In this document: positions 19,058 through 29,587 of the stretch, piece by piece | Position numbering within the stretch: the first letter of the stretch is position 1 | How the letters are laid out: every line of letters starts with the position of its first letter | Virus record (IMG/VR): IMGVR_UViG_3300029309_000046 | Span: 1-56,835 of that record | Direction: 5' to 3' (one strand) | Source: a virus | Taxonomy: Duplodnaviria; Caudoviricetes | DNA length: 56,835 bases | Position numbers and translations under genes: made by a program | The notes under the pieces: generated by a model | Database searches by the model: none | What the model saw: the letters and a program-made list of their open reading frames with translations, nothing else | What the model was told of the DNA's origin: nothing

Positions 19058-21688
19058 ATGGTTACTAAAGTTATAGATCCTAAAAAAATAAAAGAACTCG
19101 ATGAAATACGAAAAAAAAAGTTAGGCATTAATGATAACGCTATTACTGATGAAAATAAAATTAAAGAACTAGATAAAATAAGATTAGATAAAAAAGAAAA
19201 AAGTTTTTTGTCAGGAGTAGGTGAGGCAGTTTATGAATTTTTTTCAGGAACAAAATCTACTGAATTTTCTGATATGCCTGAAATTGGTGAATATGTAGGT
19301 GAAGGTGCTGGTAAAGTTGCCTTAGGTATGAGTATTACACCAAACATAAGAACACAGGCACAAATTATAATGGAGCAAGTACCAGGAAGTAATATAATGG
19401 AAGACAAGTTTGGTAATCCTATTGCTGTAATGCCAGACGGTCAATCTTTTTATTTAAATAGACCTGGTGCTTCTTTTCAAGATTTTATTCAAACTACTTC
19501 ACAAATTTTACAATACATTCCAGGATACTCTACAATTGCAAAAAAATTTGCAGGAAATATTTTAAAAAGATCACTCGCACAAACTGGACAAGCAGGAGCA
19601 GTTACTACCGCTCAAGAATTAGGAGCAGTAGCACTTGGAGGTGATTTTGATGTTGGAAGAGTAGGTATAACTGGTGCTATAACATTAGGATTTGAAGGTG
19701 TGCTTGGCCCTGTCGGTAGAGGAGTTCTAAAAATGTTTAGAAGTAACCCTAATTATTATAAGTTGATTACAGAAACTGTTGATGGCGAAAAGGTAAGAAG
19801 AATAGAAATTACACCTGCAGGTGAAAAAGCATTGAAAGCAGCAGGTGTAGATACGAAAAAAATGACACCAGAGTTTGCTGAAAATTTCTTTAATCAAGTC
19901 GCTAAAGGTTTTGATGATGAAGTTGCTGCTGTACAAGCAGGTGCAGGAGAATTCGGATTTGAACTTTCACAATCACAAGCGAAAAGAAATGAAGAAGGTA
20001 TTGCTGCGTTATATGAAGCTGCAAAAGGTGCCTTTGGTCCTGAAGTGCAAAAAAAAGCATTAGAGTTTTTAAGAAAACAAGAAATTGATATTGGTCTTGG
20101 ATTAAAAGCTATGATAAAAAAATTCAATCAAGGTAATGTTATTGAAGAAGGTGTAGAAGACATTGGTCAAGGATTAATCAATACTATTGAAGAAGCTTTT
20201 GACGTAGCATCTAAAAAAGTTGATGATGCTTACAACCTAGTAGATAAAGATGCTATATTTAATGGTGAAGCATCTAACATTCAATTGTTAACTAATTCAG
20301 TAAAAAAAACAATTAAGGATGAAACAAAACAACCATACAATTTTTTAAAAGCTATCGATGAAGCCACTGGTATTTTAGATACAAAACTTACACCAGCTTC
20401 TACTCAAGCTTTTAAAGAAATAAAATCATTTGTTAATAGTTTTAAGAAGAAAAAAAGTCAGAAAAAAGTACCTCCAAAAACTTTAAATGATTTTGAAATT
20501 ATGAGAAAAAAATTAGCCAATTTTATTGGTGCTGCTAAGAATGATACTGATAAAAAAACTGCTATCGCTATTAAACAAGAATTCGATAAATTATATAACG
20601 ATACAATGGATAATTTATTGTTTGCTGGAAAAGAAGGCGATGAAGTAATAAAAAATAATTTAATAAAAGCCAGAGAGGCTTTTCGTTATAAAGAACAAAC
20701 ATTTAAAAATAACCCAATTAAAAAAGGTAATGTTACTGTTCAAGATACAGCAGGGAATGCAATTCAAAAAATATTATTAGATCCAGATGTGACAGGAATG
20801 AAAGCTATAAATTATATTTATGGTTTAGGAACTGTGGGAAGAAAAAAAGATGGTGCACAAATAATAAACAGATTAAAAACGGTTTTTGGTGTAGATGATT
20901 TAACTCCTAAAGCAGCGGCTTTAAAAAATAATGATTTTGCTAAATTAAGAGGCGGGATGATTGAAAAAATGTTTAATGACTCAATAAGAAACGGAAAATT
21001 TAATCCTGCTGCAATGGTAAGAAATTTTGATTACATATTTGAAAAAAATCCTGATTTTGCAAGATCGTTATTTGATGCAACAGAAATTACTACTTTAAAA
21101 AATTTTGTAAATGAGGTTAGAAAAACTTTAAAACCTGCTGACTTAGTAAATCCATCTAATACAGCGGCTGGTATAAGTAGAATATTTCAAAGAGGTGCAA
21201 GACAATTAGTTGGTATAATTGGTTTTAAATTAGCAAACATTCAGGGTTTATTATTAGGAAGAAGTGCTTTCGATAATGCAAAAGATGTATTTGAACAAAG
21301 AGCAGCAAAAAAATTAATTAATAAAGAATTTGGTGGTGATACACCAGGATGGCTTCAAACTATGAACCGAGCTACAGGAACAGGGAAAAAACTTGCATCA
21401 ACAGTTGCTATTGTTAACCAAGCTTACGGACAAGAGATTCCTAAAGGTGGTATTGATGCAGCTCAGTTTTCAGCTGTTGAAGAAGCTTTACCTGAACCAA
21501 AAAGTAAAGAGGGTGTCATAAAAGATATCGGACCATTACCTAATCCTTTTAAACCAAAACAAGATGATCGAGTTTCTTTACCATCACCTGCAAGACAAGG
21601 TATTGAACAACTAACTGCACAAAATTATGACAATCTATTTCCTGATGATGCTTTAGGGGCTGCGATAGCTCAAAGGAGAACTGTATAA
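19058..21688 (+). CDS. Large ejection (DNA transfer) protein
   Basis: ATG 19058 after GGAG preferred over GTG 19022; DKFGNP..VMP....YLNRPGAS and NPSNTA motifs; helical. Confidence 0.6.
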   Translation: MVTKVIDPKKIKELDEIRKKKLGINDNAITDENKIKELDKIRLDKKEKSFLSGVGEAVYEFFSGTKSTEFSDMPEIGEYVGEGAGKVALGMSITPNIRTQAQIIMEQVPGSNIMEDKFGNPIAVMPDGQSFYLNRPGASFQDFIQTTSQILQYIPGYSTIAKKFAGNILKRSLAQTGQAGAVTTAQELGAVALGGDFDVGRVGITGAITLGFEGVLGPVGRGVLKMFRSNPNYYKLITETVDGEKVRRIEITPAGEKALKAAGVDTKKMTPEFAENFFNQVAKGFDDEVAAVQAGAGEFGFELSQSQAKRNEEGIAALYEAAKGAFGPEVQKKALEFLRKQEIDIGLGLKAMIKKFNQGNVIEEGVEDIGQGLINTIEEAFDVASKKVDDAYNLVDKDAIFNGEASNIQLLTNSVKKTIKDETKQPYNFLKAIDEATGILDTKLTPASTQAFKEIKSFVNSFKKKKSQKKVPPKTLNDFEIMRKKLANFIGAAKNDTDKKTAIAIKQEFDKLYNDTMDNLLFAGKEGDEVIKNNLIKAREAFRYKEQTFKNNPIKKGNVTVQDTAGNAIQKILLDPDVTGMKAINYIYGLGTVGRKKDGAQIINRLKTVFGVDDLTPKAAALKNNDFAKLRGGMIEKMFNDSIRNGKFNPAAMVRNFDYIFEKNPDFARSLFDATEITTLKNFVNEVRKTLKPADLVNPSNTAAGISRIFQRGARQLVGIIGFKLANIQGLLLGRSAFDNAKDVFEQRAAKKLINKEFGGDTPGWLQTMNRATGTGKKLASTVAIVNQAYGQEIPKGGIDAAQFSAVEEALPEPKSKEGVIKDIGPLPNPFKPKQDDRVSLPSPARQGIEQLTAQNYDNLFPDDALGAAIAQRRTV

Positions 21689-21879
21689 TGTCTAAGTCAG
21701 CACTTGAAAGAATAGAATCACACGAAAAACTTTGTCGTATCATGCAAAAACAAACGCATGATAGAATACATAGAATTGAGTCCTCAATTACAAGGATAGA
21801 AAGAATTTTAATTGGATGTGCTGGTGGATTATTAGCAGGTATGGGATATATAATTTTAGAACTAGTGACAAGGATATGA
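21688..21879 (+). CDS. Small coiled-coil + C-terminal TM protein (XhlA/holin-like)
   Basis: HEKLC..., ITRIERILIGCAGGLLAGMGYIIL hydrophobic tail. Confidence 0.55.
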   Translation: MSKSALERIESHEKLCRIMQKQTHDRIHRIESSITRIERILIGCAGGLLAGMGYIILELVTRI

Positions 21880-21880
21880 T

Positions 21881-24355
21881 ATGGTCGCTCCTGTCCTTGG
21901 TTTACCCGCATTATTAAAAGCAATAGCCACTATTGGTGTTGGTGGAGCGGTAGGATATAAAGCACAAAAAGATTTACAACCACTTATAAAAGAGCTAAAA
22001 GCATCTCCGAAAGATATGGATAGCTCAGAATTAAAAATGTTAAGAGCATTATTTATGCCAGCTCAAGCTGTTGCCGCAGAATTAAAGGATATGACGACTT
22101 CAAAATCTGTAGGCACCACAGGGGAAGGCGCAGCAATAGGCCCAAGAGCTGAAGATATTGAAAGAGTGCAAGAGGAGATTAGAGAAGTATCTAAGCCTCC
22201 TGTAACACAAACACCCGTTAAACCAATCACAACAGAAACATTTCCGATCGAACCACAAATAAAACAAGATCCACCTATTCAACCAGATATAGATTTAGAA
22301 ACAACAGAAACATTTCCTGATGATTCAGAAATAAAACCTACTATTTTCTATAATAAAACTAAAGAATATGAGGGACCTATTGTTGAAACAAATAATCTAG
22401 ATAATAATTTACAGGAACAAATAGCAAAATACGCAGGCACAAGAGAACAAATAAGTGAAAGCACTAAAATGCCTCAATCGCATAAAAAGAAAATATTTTT
22501 TGCACTTGAAAAAGCTATTCAAGAAAAATATCCTACAGAACTATCTTCAGAAGAGTCAAATGTAGAAGGTGATGCACTCTTTTATATAACACAATCAGTA
22601 TACGATTCTTACACAAGTAAAGACGGTAAGGTTCCTAATAATGTTGTTATGGCTCAAGATGATGCAGGAATACCTTTAGCAGCTGCAAACATAGAGGTTT
22701 TTCCGGAGGGTAAAGTATCTTTTTATCCGAAACGTAAAGTAAAAAGAGTTAAAACTGAACCTGCAATTTACATAGAAACGATAGGTAGTTTAAATCGTGA
22801 AGCTACTGAAAATGTTTTAAATCAAATAGAAAAATTAGCTGATGCTCAAGGTATTAGGTATGTTGTAGCAGAAGATTTGACTTCTGAAGCTGCTGAAAAA
22901 GCTTTTAAGAATAGAGGTTTTGTACCTGCCAAAAAAGGTTTTTTTGAGGGAGAACAAATAAAAACTGCAGATTGGAGAGGTGGTAAAACAATAATTCAAA
23001 AAAATATGGTTTTAGATTTAGGTAAAAAAAATGAAACTACAGAAACCGAAATTGCGAAAGAAGCTGTAAAAGAACAACTACAAACTCCTGCAGTGGCAGG
23101 AACTAAAACAAATGAACAAACAAGATTTTATCCTAAAGCTCAAGAGGGAGGAAAAGAAATAACAGCAGGAATTTCAGCGCAACGGGAAGATATTCCAGAG
23201 CTGTTAGAACAAGGAAAATTAGCAGTTCCAATTAAAAATTTTTTCGAAAACACTCCTGATGTAGTTAACTACAAAATAGCAGATACAGTTGGCTCTTACG
23301 CAGAAACAGTGGAAAGAAGTTTGGATATAGAGGCTAATGTTAAATCAAATTTTAATTTGGATAAATTTGGTGATGTTATTAAGGAAAGAGCAAAAGAATT
23401 TAATCAAGATGCTGCCTTTGTAGCAGAAACAGTTCCAAGTAATTTTGAAGGTGCAAATATTGGTTTTGAAATGGATTTTGGTTCTAACTTAAAAATGCAA
23501 GATGCTCTCAATTTTGCAAATTTAATAAATGAAACAGCGACGGTAGATGGTTTTACTTTTAAAGTAAAAAATTTAGATTCATCCGGTTCATCAATTTATC
23601 TACCTCAGACACAAAAAGATTTAGAATTAATACAACAATCAATTAAAAAATTTGGAACTACTGAAAATATAAGAGAGGCAGGATTTATTATGCCTGATGG
23701 TAAAATGTTAAATTTTAGTTTAAGAGGTAGAAATTTTAGAGACACAGAACACAGAAGAGTCGCATTCTTAACTACAGAAGGGTACAACGGTGTTGATTTT
23801 GGACCTATGTATGATTGGATGCTAAAAACAGGTGGGGTTAGAGTTACAGGAAATCAGAATAGATTGTATGCTGAATTTGCAGGAAAACCTACAACTACTC
23901 AAATAAAAAAATTAACAGATGAATATAATCAAAATAGAGATAAATATGATTCAATGATCATAAGTATTACGATGCCGGGAGATGAAGATTTTTTTAGAGG
24001 TGGTTTTGGGTCAGAACAATATAGGGGTGGAGAAAAATCAGGAATAGACTTAAGAAAACAAAAATTAAGATTACCAAATGAAGCTTTTTATGAAGTAAAT
24101 GGTGAAGAGGCCAATGCTAATGATATCTATAGAAAATTTAAAGCGACAGATATTGTTGGAAAAACGTTTACTGGTTTAAGACAAATAAATTTACCAGAAT
24201 TTTCAAATCTATCTAACGAAGATGCTAGAAAAAGAATAAATGCTATTTATGAAAATATTGAAGGATTGTCAGAAAACAGTGGATTAAAAAAACTAGACAA
24301 ACCAAAAATTAAGTTTTATAACACAAAACTATATACGAAAGGGAAAGATTATTAA
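21881..24355 (+). CDS. Large multidomain (polyvalent-like) protein with GNAT-like domain
   Basis: 824 aa; IYIETIGS..VLNQIEKLADAQGIRYV...AAEKAFKNRGF (GNAT pattern); FGTT...AGFIMPDGKMLNFS...EHR module. Confidence 0.55.
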   Translation: MVAPVLGLPALLKAIATIGVGGAVGYKAQKDLQPLIKELKASPKDMDSSELKMLRALFMPAQAVAAELKDMTTSKSVGTTGEGAAIGPRAEDIERVQEEIREVSKPPVTQTPVKPITTETFPIEPQIKQDPPIQPDIDLETTETFPDDSEIKPTIFYNKTKEYEGPIVETNNLDNNLQEQIAKYAGTREQISESTKMPQSHKKKIFFALEKAIQEKYPTELSSEESNVEGDALFYITQSVYDSYTSKDGKVPNNVVMAQDDAGIPLAAANIEVFPEGKVSFYPKRKVKRVKTEPAIYIETIGSLNREATENVLNQIEKLADAQGIRYVVAEDLTSEAAEKAFKNRGFVPAKKGFFEGEQIKTADWRGGKTIIQKNMVLDLGKKNETTETEIAKEAVKEQLQTPAVAGTKTNEQTRFYPKAQEGGKEITAGISAQREDIPELLEQGKLAVPIKNFFENTPDVVNYKIADTVGSYAETVERSLDIEANVKSNFNLDKFGDVIKERAKEFNQDAAFVAETVPSNFEGANIGFEMDFGSNLKMQDALNFANLINETATVDGFTFKVKNLDSSGSSIYLPQTQKDLELIQQSIKKFGTTENIREAGFIMPDGKMLNFSLRGRNFRDTEHRRVAFLTTEGYNGVDFGPMYDWMLKTGGVRVTGNQNRLYAEFAGKPTTTQIKKLTDEYNQNRDKYDSMIISITMPGDEDFFRGGFGSEQYRGGEKSGIDLRKQKLRLPNEAFYEVNGEEANANDIYRKFKATDIVGKTFTGLRQINLPEFSNLSNEDARKRINAIYENIEGLSENSGLKKLDKPKIKFYNTKLYTKGKDY

Positions 24356-24528
24356 TGGCAACTGTAAAAGGTGTATACGATTTAATAAAAGCTGATCAAA
24401 AAGCAGGTAAACCTTTATCTGAAATTGATCTTGCAATACTTAAAGCTGTAGAGGGTGAGAATAAAGATAAAAAAACAAAAGAAGTAGATGTTTCTTTTGT
24501 TAAGAATAAAGATGAAACGGATTCGTAA
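24355..24528 (+). CDS. Small hypothetical (57 aa)
   Basis: Manually read MATVKGVYDLIKADQKAGKPLSEIDLAILK...; TAATG coupling. Confidence 0.6.
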   Translation: MATVKGVYDLIKADQKAGKPLSEIDLAILKAVEGENKDKKTKEVDVSFVKNKDETDS

Positions 24529-25168
24529 ATATCCATATAAACATTATAATAGATTTTCAGATACTACAGGACGAAAATATCTTGTAGGAGAGGCTAAAGT
24601 TCCAAGCGTTACCACAATTTTATCAGCTACGAAGGACAAAAGATTTTTAGATAATTGGCGTAGAAAAGTTGGGAATGAAGAAGCGGATCGAATTATGCAA
24701 CAAGCATCTACGATTGGTACAGAAATGCACCAAGTATTAGAATACGCTTACAATGGAGAGGGCTATTTTAATGCAAGTGAATCGGGTAAACAACCACGGA
24801 TGATGGCCAAAATTATTTTAGATAATTTAGATATAGAAGAGGTTTGGGGTAACGAGGTGTCATTAGAATATGAAAACCAATACGCAGGCACAACAGATTT
24901 AGTTGCAATGGCCTACGGTAAACCATCTATTATAGATTTTAAACAAGCTAACAAACCCAAAAGAGAAGAATGGGTTGATGATTATAAACTTCAACTAGGT
25001 GCATACTATCTTGCACATAAGAAAAATTACGGACCAATAGAACAAGGTGTAATTAGTATTTGTACAAGAGGATTACAATATCAAGAATTTAAATTAAATG
25101 AAGCTGATCTATCTGAATATGGTGATAAGTTTTTAGAAAGAGTTGAACAGTTTAAAAAATTACAATAA
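24512..25168 (+). CDS. PD-(D/E)XK exonuclease (Cas4/RecB-like)
   Basis: PSVTTIL, GTEMH, NEVSL, YAGTTDLV, IIDFKQ, QLGAY; start could be 24488. Confidence 0.85.
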   Translation: MKRIRKYPYKHYNRFSDTTGRKYLVGEAKVPSVTTILSATKDKRFLDNWRRKVGNEEADRIMQQASTIGTEMHQVLEYAYNGEGYFNASESGKQPRMMAKIILDNLDIEEVWGNEVSLEYENQYAGTTDLVAMAYGKPSIIDFKQANKPKREEWVDDYKLQLGAYYLAHKKNYGPIEQGVISICTRGLQYQEFKLNEADLSEYGDKFLERVEQFKKLQ

Positions 25169-26590
25169 CCAATCCTTAAGTTCTTCTTCACCTAAAGTTT
25201 TCGCTGCGATCTGGCCTTTTTTAGTTAAGGCCTTCATTATCTTTTCATCAATGGTATTTTCTGTAATTATATCTATAATCACTACCGTGCCGGTCTGTCC
25301 TGATCGATGCGCTCTATCTTCAGATTGTTTTCTGACTTCTAAATTATAATTATTAGAAAAATAAACCACTGTGTTCGCGGCAGTAAGAGTTAAACCGTAA
25401 CCACCCGTTGTAGGATTACTAACAAAAAATCTAACTTTAGGATCGTTTTGAAAAGACTCTATGGCCTTTTGTCTATCCTTAACTTTAGTAGCCCCATAAA
25501 TTTCAACAAAAGAATCTTTACCATACTTAGTTGTAAGAAAATTTTTAATTTGTTCTATGTTATAAATGTAATTAGCCCAAATAATTATTTTATCATCAGT
25601 CTCTTCAATAATTTCTTCTAAAGCATTTATCTTTTGTTTTCCAAATTCAAGAATATTACCATCGTCATCTTTACAAAAACCATTTGTAAGTTGATGTAAT
25701 TTAATCATTTCAGTTAATTTATTACTAAATGATATAGTTGAATCGTTTACAATAGCTAATGCTCGCCTTCTAAGTTTTTCATAAAGAACACCTTGCTCTG
25801 TTGACATATGTACAACTCTTTTCTGTCTTACTTTTGGCTCAAGATCTAAACATTCATCTTTACGAACTCTAAAAGAAAAAACATCTAGTTTGTGTTCTAG
25901 CTCTTCTATATTTTTATAAAACTTTGGAATAGATATATATCTATTTGCACCCATCTGAATCTGTTGCATCTCTGCATATCTGTTTCTAAAAGCGTAATAA
26001 CTTTCATATCCTAACAATTTAGGGTCTAAAAAATAACACTGTGAATATAAATCAAGGGGAGATTTAGTTACAGGGGATCCTGTTAATATTCTTCTATATT
26101 TAATATGTTTTGTTAAAGATAGTATATATTTAGTTCTTTTGGCCTTAGGGTTCTTAATTGTGGTAGATTCATCAATAACAACAAAGTTCTGCGGAAATTT
26201 TTTCAAAAAAGACTCAGCTTCTTTGAATCCCGTTTTACCACTTAAAGCTTCAACATTCATAAGAAATATCTTTAGTTTCTCACTTTTTAAAAACTTATCC
26301 CACATTTTAGGTTTATCAACCTTCCATTGAAATATATCTCTTTGCACTATATCTGGTAGGTGTGCTTGTATTTCTTTACTCCATATAGTGTATACAGATT
26401 TAGGTGCCACTATTAGGACAGTATCTATTTCTTTTTTTAAATATAAATAACCAATATTATCAATCGCAGTTTTTGTTTTACCCGTACCCATCTCCATAAA
26501 ATAAGCATAAGCTAAAGAGTGAGCTGATTTATTTAAGGCAGTTCTTTGGTGATCAAACGGTTTTGTCTTGTAAGGGTATTTCCATTCCAT
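25160..26590 (-). CDS. SNF2-family (DExH-like) helicase
   Basis: FMEMGTGKT, VVIDES, RILTGSP, GYGLTLTAA, QSEDRAHRSGQ; start at 26590 (MEWKYP) preferred. Confidence 0.9.
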   Translation of the reverse strand: MEWKYPYKTKPFDHQRTALNKSAHSLAYAYFMEMGTGKTKTAIDNIGYLYLKKEIDTVLIVAPKSVYTIWSKEIQAHLPDIVQRDIFQWKVDKPKMWDKFLKSEKLKIFLMNVEALSGKTGFKEAESFLKKFPQNFVVIDESTTIKNPKAKRTKYILSLTKHIKYRRILTGSPVTKSPLDLYSQCYFLDPKLLGYESYYAFRNRYAEMQQIQMGANRYISIPKFYKNIEELEHKLDVFSFRVRKDECLDLEPKVRQKRVVHMSTEQGVLYEKLRRRALAIVNDSTISFSNKLTEMIKLHQLTNGFCKDDDGNILEFGKQKINALEEIIEETDDKIIIWANYIYNIEQIKNFLTTKYGKDSFVEIYGATKVKDRQKAIESFQNDPKVRFFVSNPTTGGYGLTLTAANTVVYFSNNYNLEVRKQSEDRAHRSGQTGTVVIIDIITENTIDEKIMKALTKKGQIAAKTLGEEELKDWLL

Positions 26591-26657
26591 AAAATATTTA
26601 TATTTTTTTTCTTGCATTAATCAAGAAAATAATTATAGACAGATTAGGAGGAAATAT
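26591..26657. promoter_or_regulatory. Divergent sigma70-like promoter pair with overlapping -35 boxes
   Basis: CTTGCATTAATCAAG gives TTGCAT (+) and TTGATT (-); RBS AGGAGG before 26658. Confidence 0.55.
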
Positions 26658-27206
26658 ATGGAAAATCTAGACATCGAAAAGTTCTCGAACATTGAATTAA
26701 GTAAAGATGACGTAAAGTCTATTTCTGATAAATGTAATGAACTTAAAAATCTTCATAAAGAAATTGAAGATAAAGATAAAGAGATTTCTGAGTTAAAGAA
26801 AAAAGCTAAAGAGTATGAGGAACGAACAATTCCTGATATGATGCAGGAAGCTGGTGTGTCTAAACTAGAACTAGCTGACGGCACTAAGGTTGAAGTAAAA
26901 CCTTTTTATGCCGCAAAAATTCCTGAGTCAAGAAACGATGAAGCTTTTGGTTGGCTTAGAGATAACGGTCATGGCGACATGATCAAAAATGTCTTGACGG
27001 CAAATATAGATAAAGGGCAAGATAATCAAGTTTCAGAACTCGTAAGAATTTGTGAACAACTTGGTTTTGCTTATACTCAAAAACAAAAAGTAGAACCTAT
27101 GACCTTAAAAGCATTTGTTAAAGAGCAAGTGGAAAAAGGGGAGCAGGTTCCATTTGATATGTTTGGAGTATATATTGCTAACAAGACAAAAATAACGAAC
27201 AAATAA
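26658..27206 (+). CDS. Conserved replication-module protein
   Basis: IPDMMQEAGV..L.L.DG, AFGWLRDNGHGDMIK, VEPMTLKAFVKEQ. Confidence 0.65.
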   Translation: MENLDIEKFSNIELSKDDVKSISDKCNELKNLHKEIEDKDKEISELKKKAKEYEERTIPDMMQEAGVSKLELADGTKVEVKPFYAAKIPESRNDEAFGWLRDNGHGDMIKNVLTANIDKGQDNQVSELVRICEQLGFAYTQKQKVEPMTLKAFVKEQVEKGEQVPFDMFGVYIANKTKITNK

Positions 27207-27219
27207 TAACGGAGTAACT

Positions 27220-28011
27220 ATGAAGTTAAACGATAAAAAAGAAGTCGCTACTAGAGAAGCTGGTGGTGCTGTTGCAAATATTAATTTGGAACAATTTGCA
27301 GATCAAGGTTTTGAAAACGTAGACTCAAAGAGTCTGGCATTACCTTTTTTAAAAATACTTGGTCAACTATCTCCACAAGTAACGCAAGGAGATTCTCAAT
27401 TCATACCTGAGGCAAGACCTGGTATGATTTTCAACACAGTCACAAATCAATTATATGATGGCCAAAAAGGAATTTCAGTAGTTCCTTGTTTTTATAAGCT
27501 TGAGTATATTGAATGGAGAGATAGAGGTCAGGAAGGTAGTTCTGCGCCAGTAAATATCTATCCATCAGACAGTGATATCATGTCAAAGACAACTAGAGAC
27601 GACAAGAATAAAGACAGACTTGAGAACGGAAACTATGTCGAAGAGACTGCTTCTCATTATGTTTTAATTGTTGAAGATAAAGATGTGTCTAGCACTGCGA
27701 TGATGACAATGAAATCTACTCAAAGAAAAAAGTCTAAGAAGTGGAATTCTATGATGATGTCAGTTCGAGAGAAGAAAAAAGATGGGTCTGGTTACTTTAA
27801 GCCAGCACCATTTACTCAAATGTACACACTCAAAACGGTACTAGAAAAGAACAATCTTGGTTCTTGGTACGGTTGGGAGATTGAACATCAAGGTACAATT
27901 CAATCGAAAGATGTCTTAGAAGCGGCTTATACTTTTTACAACAGCTGTAAACAAGGGGCTGTAAAAGTTAATCACGATAAAGAAGAGTCCGTAGAGAAAA
28001 CACCATTCTAG
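27220..28011 (+). CDS. Single-stranded DNA-binding protein-like
   Basis: LPFLKILGQLSPQ, MKSTQ.KKSKKWNS, acidic C-terminus ending PF; position upstream of primase. Confidence 0.6.
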   Translation: MKLNDKKEVATREAGGAVANINLEQFADQGFENVDSKSLALPFLKILGQLSPQVTQGDSQFIPEARPGMIFNTVTNQLYDGQKGISVVPCFYKLEYIEWRDRGQEGSSAPVNIYPSDSDIMSKTTRDDKNKDRLENGNYVEETASHYVLIVEDKDVSSTAMMTMKSTQRKKSKKWNSMMMSVREKKKDGSGYFKPAPFTQMYTLKTVLEKNNLGSWYGWEIEHQGTIQSKDVLEAAYTFYNSCKQGAVKVNHDKEESVEKTPF

Positions 28012-28012
28012 T

Positions 28013-29587
28013 ATGGACATACTTGACAAAACCCTGGGGGAGTTTGTAGAACTCTTCCAGGGTTCAAATACATATTTTGGAGCTTCCAAACCTCTAGGAC
28101 AAACACGTAGTCGAGACGGTAAGCAAGAGTTCAGACATTGGGTTGAGCCTAATCCAATGACCAAAGAACATTGGTTACAACATTTAAAAGGAGAAGCTTA
28201 CTATGGATCTGTCCCTATCAGAGATGATAATACATGCAGTTGGGGGGTCATCGATGTTGATCGTTATAATATACAGCATAAGGAAATTATATCGATTATA
28301 CGGAAAAGGAAATACCCATTAATTCCATTCAGATCTAAATCTAATGGATTACATTTAATATTATTTATAGATGGTGTTGTTGAAGCATCATCAATGCGAA
28401 AAAAATTAATTGAACTTGCTTCTGATTTAGGAATCAATGATTCAACAACAGATATTTATCCTGCACAAGATCAAGTTGATTTAACCCCGGAAAAGTGGGA
28501 CGACAAACACAAAGGTAGTTTTGTTAACCTACCATATCAAAAAGCACACATGACAACTAGGTTAGCAATGGATGATAATGCTAACGGAATAAAATTAGAA
28601 AATTTATACGAATTTGTATCTCAACACAGATTGACACCTGAACAATTTAAAAAATTAAAAATATTTCAAGACGATGAAACAAAAGATTATCCTCCTTGCG
28701 TAATCAACTTTATGAAAAACAAAGTTAAAAAAGGAGAAGGCCGTAACGATGCAATGTTCAATGTTGCAGTATTAAGCAAGAAAATAAACCCTGATCCCGT
28801 CATGTATCAAGATTGGACAAGAAAAATGATGAACAAGGTATGCAGTGAAGAATTACATCCAAAAGAATTAGAAAATATTTTTAGAGGCGTTGAAAACAAA
28901 GACTATGCTTATAAATGTAAAACATCTATTGCAAGAGTACATTGTGTATCTAGCACATGTGTAAGAAGAAAATACGGAATAGGTTTGAATGAAGCAATTC
29001 CTGAGGTAGGTAAATTAATTAAAGTTAACTCATACCCTGAACCATATTGGATTTTACCAATACAAGGTAAATCAGTTCGTTTATCTACAAAACAATTATA
29101 TCAACAACAACTGCTTGGAGAACAATTATTAAATTACGATATAGTTTGGAGACCTCTTAAACCATCTAAACGTGATCCTGATCCTTACAGAGATTGGTTG
29201 GAAGAGTTAGTCTCTAACAAACAAGACATGGAAGGTTTTGATGCACATGAAGAACAAAGTGATGTGTTTAATTCTAGGCTATCACAATTTCTTGAGGACG
29301 TGGAGGACACAACAGAGTTTGATCAAATCGATTCTGGTAACATTTGGATTGATAAAATAGAAATGAGATTTAAGCTAGAAACCTTTAGAAAGTTTATGAA
29401 AAAGATGGGGTATAATTGGTCAGAAAAAGATTGTACTAAATTTTTAGAAGCGGGAGGAGCAATACCTAAAAAGAAATTTCAAAACATTGACACACGTCAT
29501 TGGGTTGTAAATTTACCAAAACAAACAGAGCATAAAAATAAAGATGTCAAATTCGTTAAACAAAAAGCTGCGTGGGAAGACAATTAA
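28013..29587 (+). CDS. AEP-type primase (prim-pol) with PriCT/Cys cluster
   Basis: WGVIDVD, RSKSNGLH, GSFVNLPY, PPC, GEGRND, YKC..HC...C. Confidence 0.75.
   Translation: MDILDKTLGEFVELFQGSNTYFGASKPLGQTRSRDGKQEFRHWVEPNPMTKEHWLQHLKGEAYYGSVPIRDDNTCSWGVIDVDRYNIQHKEIISIIRKRKYPLIPFRSKSNGLHLILFIDGVVEASSMRKKLIELASDLGINDSTTDIYPAQDQVDLTPEKWDDKHKGSFVNLPYQKAHMTTRLAMDDNANGIKLENLYEFVSQHRLTPEQFKKLKIFQDDETKDYPPCVINFMKNKVKKGEGRNDAMFNVAVLSKKINPDPVMYQDWTRKMMNKVCSEELHPKELENIFRGVENKDYAYKCKTSIARVHCVSSTCVRRKYGIGLNEAIPEVGKLIKVNSYPEPYWILPIQGKSVRLSTKQLYQQQLLGEQLLNYDIVWRPLKPSKRDPDPYRDWLEELVSNKQDMEGFDAHEEQSDVFNSRLSQFLEDVEDTTEFDQIDSGNIWIDKIEMRFKLETFRKFMKKMGYNWSEKDCTKFLEAGGAIPKKKFQNIDTRHWVVNLPKQTEHKNKDVKFVKQKAAWEDN

Noticed and set aside
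2201-23787. Minus-strand ORFs inside the late operon (e.g. 2201-2401, 2870-3121, 4157-4456, 10485-10799, 13561-13842, 21549-21923)
   Set aside because: Antisense shadows of well-supported + genes, with no RBS or motifs
24512-25168. Exonuclease as a true Cas4
   Set aside because: No Fe-S cysteine cluster and no array; typical phage PD-(D/E)XK exonuclease
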